Origin: Acidimicrobiia bacterium
GTDB lineage: Bacteria; Actinomycetota; Acidimicrobiia; Spongiisociales; JAHEDJ01
Length of the DNA: 20,000 bases
Assembly (NCBI GenBank): GCA_029210695.1
Contig: JARGFH010000001.1
Span: 119,769-139,768 of the forward strand
Direction of reading: 5' to 3'
Shown: piece after piece, positions 16,609 through 20,000 of the stretch
Layout of the letters: every line of letters begins with the position of its first letter
Numbering within the stretch: position 1 is the stretch's first letter
Notes under the pieces: generated by a model
What the model was told of the DNA's origin: nothing
Database searches by the model: none
Seen by the model: only the letters and a program-made list of their open reading frames with translations
Position numbers and translations under genes: made by a program

Positions 16609-18627
16609 ATGCGATTCACGGTACGCGCCGGCAAGGACCCGGTCATTCGAGCAGACGGAACCATTCTCGCCGCCATGGGAATGCCGGGTGGCGGCATCAT
16701 CTCCATCGGCAAGACCCACGCGCTCGTCCGGGCCGGCGACGTGCCGGAGCCGACCGCGCTGCTGTTGGGACCGCGCATGCTCGACAACGCCGGGTTGTAT
16801 CTCGGGCAGGGCATCGACGCCAAACGAATCATCCTCCCTACTGCCGCCCTGGTGGTGATCGAGGGTGCAGAGTTGCCCTTGGACGCTAAAGCCATGGCAC
16901 GGGCACTCCAGGGAATCCCCGTTTCGATCGGCGATGTCGTCGGAGTCGACCCGGCCTACGCGGACGGCGCAGAAAACCACATCGAGGTCAGGGTGATCGC
17001 CGTCGAACCGGGCCAGGCCGTCATGGTGGGAGCAAACACGCGGATCGTTCCTGAACCTGAGGCAGCCCGTCGAGAGGAGTCTCCCGAGCGCGAAGTGACC
17101 GATCCGGAATTGGCGGACGTACCTCGAGTGCCGTCTACTGCAGAAGCTCTTTTGGCCGGCCTGACCAACGAACTGGACGTGCTCACGGGATGGTTCTCGC
17201 TGCTGACCGGTCATCGTGATCTTCCGGCCGCCTGGGGTCTGCCGGAGGTAGCCGGGGTCATCGTCGAAGGACCGACGGGGTGCGGCAAGGTCGAACTGGT
17301 CCACGCGGCAGCGGAGGCTGTGGACGCGCACGTACATGAGGTCAACGTCGACCTGGTGTTCAAGCCGCAGAAGTTGCTCGACCTTCTCGAAAAGGCCGTC
17401 AAGACCACTCCGGTGCCGGGCGTGGTCATGATCAACCGTCTCGAAGCCGTCACCGGGGAGGAAGGCCTTTCGGCCTTCAAGACCCAGGTGGGCGCGATCC
17501 TTCGCTGGTTTCTCGACGCGGTGTCGGAGCGGAGGGGCCTGGCGGCCGTACTCGGCGTCAGCTCGCTCCGTCACCTCGACGACACGATCACCAAATCGCC
17601 GCTTCTCCCCCGCACACTGTCCATCCCGCCCCCCAACCTGGAGCGCCGCAAGGCGCTATACGAAGCGGCACTGGCGAAGGTGCCTACCGCCGACGTCGAC
17701 TATGCGCAGCTGGCCGCGCGGTCGGCAGGATTCTCCGGGGCAGACATCCTGGCGGCCGTCGTCCATGCGTCGGCGATGGTGGCTCGCAATGCCGGCGACG
17801 TCACCACCGAACTAATGACCATTGCGATCGAGGCAACGACTCCATCGCTGGGAACCGTTTCGATGGGCGAGATACCTTCGTACGGATTCGAACGGGTGGC
17901 CGGTCTCGAAGACGTAAAGCAACGGCTGACCGAAGCGGTCATCTGGCCGATGACCCAACCTGAGCGATTCGCCTCCATGGGAATCGACCCACCGCGAGGG
18001 ATCCTGCTCTACGGCCCACCCGGAACCGGCAAGACCTTCGTGATCAGGGCGCTGGCCCATGAGTCGGGAGCGGCGTTCTTCCCGATCAAGGGGGCCGAAC
18101 TGCTGGACAAATTCGTCGGCGAGTCGGAACGCGGTGTCCGGGAGGTGTTCTCCAGGGCCCGGGCTGTTGCTCCCTCGATTCTCTTCTTCGATGAGATCGA
18201 CGCTTTGGCGCCTGTACGGGGATCCTCGACCACTTCCGTCACCGACTCGGTCGTCGCCGCACTCCTGACGGAGATGGACGGAATCGGCGAACGCGGCGAC
18301 GTGGTCGTGATCGGAGCCACCAACCGCAAGGATCTGGTCGACCCGGCGCTGCTGCGCTCGGGACGCTTCGAGACACACATCGAACTGGGTCTTCCCGACG
18401 TGGAGGGTCGACGCGCTTTGATCGCTATCACCGACGTGCCGTTCTCACCCGAAGTCGATCTCGATGAACTGGCCCGCAAGACCGAGGGATTGTCGTTTGC
18501 CGATCTCACCGGGCTGTTCCGGGAAGCGGCGCTCATGGTGCTGCGGAAGAACAAGACCGAACTGGCCGTCGGGTGGGAAGAGCTGGACGCCGCGCTCTTG
18601 CGGTTCCAGCAGCGGCAGAACTCCTAA
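16609..18627 (+). CDS. CDC48/VCP-like double-AAA ATPase with a degenerate first module
   Basis: D2 has GPPGTGKT, LFFDEID, ATNRKDLVDPALLRSGRF; D1 has GPTGCGKV and VMINRLE; ATG at 16609 with TACTAT 6 nt upstream. Confidence 0.88.
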   Translation: MRFTVRAGKDPVIRADGTILAAMGMPGGGIISIGKTHALVRAGDVPEPTALLLGPRMLDNAGLYLGQGIDAKRIILPTAALVVIEGAELPLDAKAMARALQGIPVSIGDVVGVDPAYADGAENHIEVRVIAVEPGQAVMVGANTRIVPEPEAARREESPEREVTDPELADVPRVPSTAEALLAGLTNELDVLTGWFSLLTGHRDLPAAWGLPEVAGVIVEGPTGCGKVELVHAAAEAVDAHVHEVNVDLVFKPQKLLDLLEKAVKTTPVPGVVMINRLEAVTGEEGLSAFKTQVGAILRWFLDAVSERRGLAAVLGVSSLRHLDDTITKSPLLPRTLSIPPPNLERRKALYEAALAKVPTADVDYAQLAARSAGFSGADILAAVVHASAMVARNAGDVTTELMTIAIEATTPSLGTVSMGEIPSYGFERVAGLEDVKQRLTEAVIWPMTQPERFASMGIDPPRGILLYGPPGTGKTFVIRALAHESGAAFFPIKGAELLDKFVGESERGVREVFSRARAVAPSILFFDEIDALAPVRGSSTTSVTDSVVAALLTEMDGIGERGDVVVIGATNRKDLVDPALLRSGRFETHIELGLPDVEGRRALIAITDVPFSPEVDLDELARKTEGLSFADLTGLFREAALMVLRKNKTELAVGWEELDAALLRFQQRQNS

Positions 18628-18946
18628 CGGCACAGGTCACCGGCGTTGTAGGCGGAAAGCAGTTCAATCAGATCGGGGACTATGTCGGCTGCCTCGGTGT
18701 CGAATGTGGGGATTGTGATACCGTCAAATTCGGCGGTCGCCAACACCAACTGGGCGGCGACAACGCTCTCCTCTGCTGCGGCACAGTTCTCCGCGGCGAC
18801 GGCCCGGTTGAGTTCAGCTGCCAGTAGCTGTCCTGCCAGGGCGAATCCCTCCACCAGCGATCCGTCTTGCGCCGTGGCAGCCGTTAGGAGGGCCAAGGCG
18901 TCTGCGCACTCAGCGACCAAGTGGTCACCAACACCGATGCCGGGGT
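18624..18946 (-). pseudogene. 3' remnant of a hypothetical helical protein gene interrupted by IS21
   Basis: Open frame of ~106 codons abuts the IS21 terminus at 18947; the ORF track's GTG start at 18995 lies inside the IS terminal repeats. Confidence 0.6.
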
Positions 18947-18996
18947 TGACGCCGCTCGCTGAAATTCCCCAGGGTTGCTCATCGAAATTCCTCACC
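18947..18996. repeat. IS21 right terminal repeat with two tandem putative transposase-binding repeats
   Basis: GCTCGCTGAAATTCCCCA (18954-18971) and GCTCATCGAAATTCCTCA (18977-18994), period 23, just inside the TGAC end. Confidence 0.85.
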
Positions 18997-19014
18997 TTGG
19001 GTTGGGTTTGGATG

Positions 19015-19797
19015 CTAGTTGTTTCCTCCTTTGGGTCGTCGTTTGCGGTTGGCGGCTTGGTGGGTTCGGAGCCGGTAGGAATCGCCGTCGATGTTGAACA
19101 CCACCGATCTGTGTAGCAAACGGTCGAGCATGGCGGCGGCGATGGTGGTGTCGGAGAAGATGTCTCCCCAGGAGGCGACGCCCCGGTTGGTGGTCAGGAT
19201 CACGGATCCTTTCAGATAGCGGCGGGCGATGACTTGGAACAATGCTGAGGCGTCTTGGGTAGGCATCGAAAGATATCCGAGTTCGTCGATGATGAGCACG
19301 GATGGTCCGGAGAAGAACCGCATCGTCGCCGCCCACCGGCCTTCGAGTGCGGCTTTGCGGCACCGTGCGGCGAGGTCTGCTGCGGTCGTGTAATACACGC
19401 GGTGTCCGGCGTCGACCGCGGCGTGGCCCAGGGCAATGGCGAGCATGGTTTTCCCGACGCCGGGCGGTCCGATGAACAGGACGTTGGTGGCGTCGTCGAG
19501 GAAACTACAGGTGGCCAGTTCGCGGATCATTGCTTCGTCGACCGTGGGTTGGGCTGTGAAGTCGAAGTCGTCGACGGTCCACGGGGCCGGGAAGTTCGCG
19601 AATCGCATCCTGGCGTTGTGGCGGCGCCGTTCGGTGGCGTCAACCTCGATTGCCAGGAGTGCTTCGATGAACTCGGTGTGACCCGTCTTGGCGGTGCGGG
19701 CCGCCTCGAGTTGGGTGGGGAGCGCTTCGGCTGCCGCTTGAAGGTTCAGATACGCCAGGTGGCTCCGGAGCTGCTGATAGACCGAATCGGTGCTCAT
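19015..19797 (-). CDS. istB: IS21 helper ATPase IstB
   Basis: FDFTAQP, Walker A GPPGVGKT, Walker B LIIDELGY, ILTTN, AMLDRLLH, GDSYRLR. Confidence 0.96.
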   Translation of the reverse strand: MSTDSVYQQLRSHLAYLNLQAAAEALPTQLEAARTAKTGHTEFIEALLAIEVDATERRRHNARMRFANFPAPWTVDDFDFTAQPTVDEAMIRELATCSFLDDATNVLFIGPPGVGKTMLAIALGHAAVDAGHRVYYTTAADLAARCRKAALEGRWAATMRFFSGPSVLIIDELGYLSMPTQDASALFQVIARRYLKGSVILTTNRGVASWGDIFSDTTIAAAMLDRLLHRSVVFNIDGDSYRLRTHQAANRKRRPKGGNN

Positions 19798-19914
19798 GAC
19801 GCACCGTCTTTGCGGTCGATGAATCGTTGATACGCGGCGAGGTCGATGACCCGAGACGCACCGTCGTCATTGCCGGTGATCTCGGCTGCGATCGCCACAG
19901 CCGCCGGCGACGGC
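19794..19914 (-). pseudogene. istA: C-terminal fragment of the IS21 transposase IstA, cut off by an IS3-family insertion
   Basis: PSPAAVAIAAEITGNDDGASRVIDLAAYQRFIDRKDGAS*, with the xDLxxY IstA-type tail and stop overlapping the istB ATG; the frame hits a stop further upstream within the inserted DNA. Confidence 0.75.
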
Positions 19915-20000
19915 TGAATCGCCCTGGGAGAGTTGGAGACTCCGGAGCTTGGAAGCGAGGATGGAGTTATGGATTATCAGGGTGATGGGACGAGACGTCG
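19915..20000 (+). mobile_element. Left end of an IS3-family (IS51 group, IS6110-like) element
   Basis: TGAATCGCCCTGGGAGAGTTGGAGACTC (19915-19942) resembles the IS6110 left IR as recalled (TGAACCGCCCCGGCATGTCCGGAGACTC); SD and ATG follow at a comparable distance. Confidence 0.8.
19969..20000 (+). CDS. Start of IS3-family OrfA transposase (truncated by window edge)
   Basis: AGGATGGAG SD-like sequence then ATG at 19969, MDYQGDGTRR...; called on position only. Confidence 0.55.
   Translation, partial: MDYQGDGTRR

Larger units (their letters stand above)
18947..19914 (-). mobile_element. IS21-family insertion sequence, right-hand part (IRR, istB, istA 3' end)
   Basis: TG-initiated terminus TGACGCCGCTCG at 18947, sub-terminal repeats, intact istB and an ATGA-coupled istA tail. 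Confidence 0.9.

Noticed and set aside
14949..18627. Nuclease + AAA ATPase pair as an anti-phage defence system
   Set aside because: Both proteins match housekeeping actinobacterial families (repair nuclease, Cdc48-like ATPase), each has its own promoter signal, and the context is not a defence island.
1084..19830. Numerous antisense and alternative-frame ORFs (e.g. 1515-2228, 7430-8275, 13913-14890, 16585-17574, 19255-19830)
   Set aside because: Shadow ORFs expected at high GC; they overlap well-supported genes and show no recognisable motifs.

Overview
High-GC, actinobacterial-looking window; the lineage (possibly Acidimicrobiia) is inferred from gene content, a CGAAC-N4-GTTCG SOS box and frequent leaderless-type starts. 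It is mostly housekeeping and stress genes: a HAD hydrolase, an ATP-grasp-like protein, a USP+CBS protein, a three-gene transhydrogenase operon (pntAA-pntAB-pntB), two SAM methyltransferases (one apparently missing motif I), a nitroreductase, an EamA transporter, a stand-alone CarH-type B12-binding protein, a hotdog thioesterase, an OSBS/NSAR enolase-family enzyme, a DUF5667-like membrane protein with an ECF sigma factor, TrmH, a small Zn-ribbon protein, a LexA-boxed DEDDh/GIY-YIG nuclease and a CDC48-like AAA ATPase. The right end is a nested mobile structure: an IS3-family (IS6110-like) element inside istA of an IS21 element, which itself interrupts an unknown gene. The least explained non-coding feature is a 113-bp four-armed tandem palindrome at 7723-7835. 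No CRISPR array, rRNA or tRNA was seen, and no novel system can be asserted with confidence; the findings are leads.
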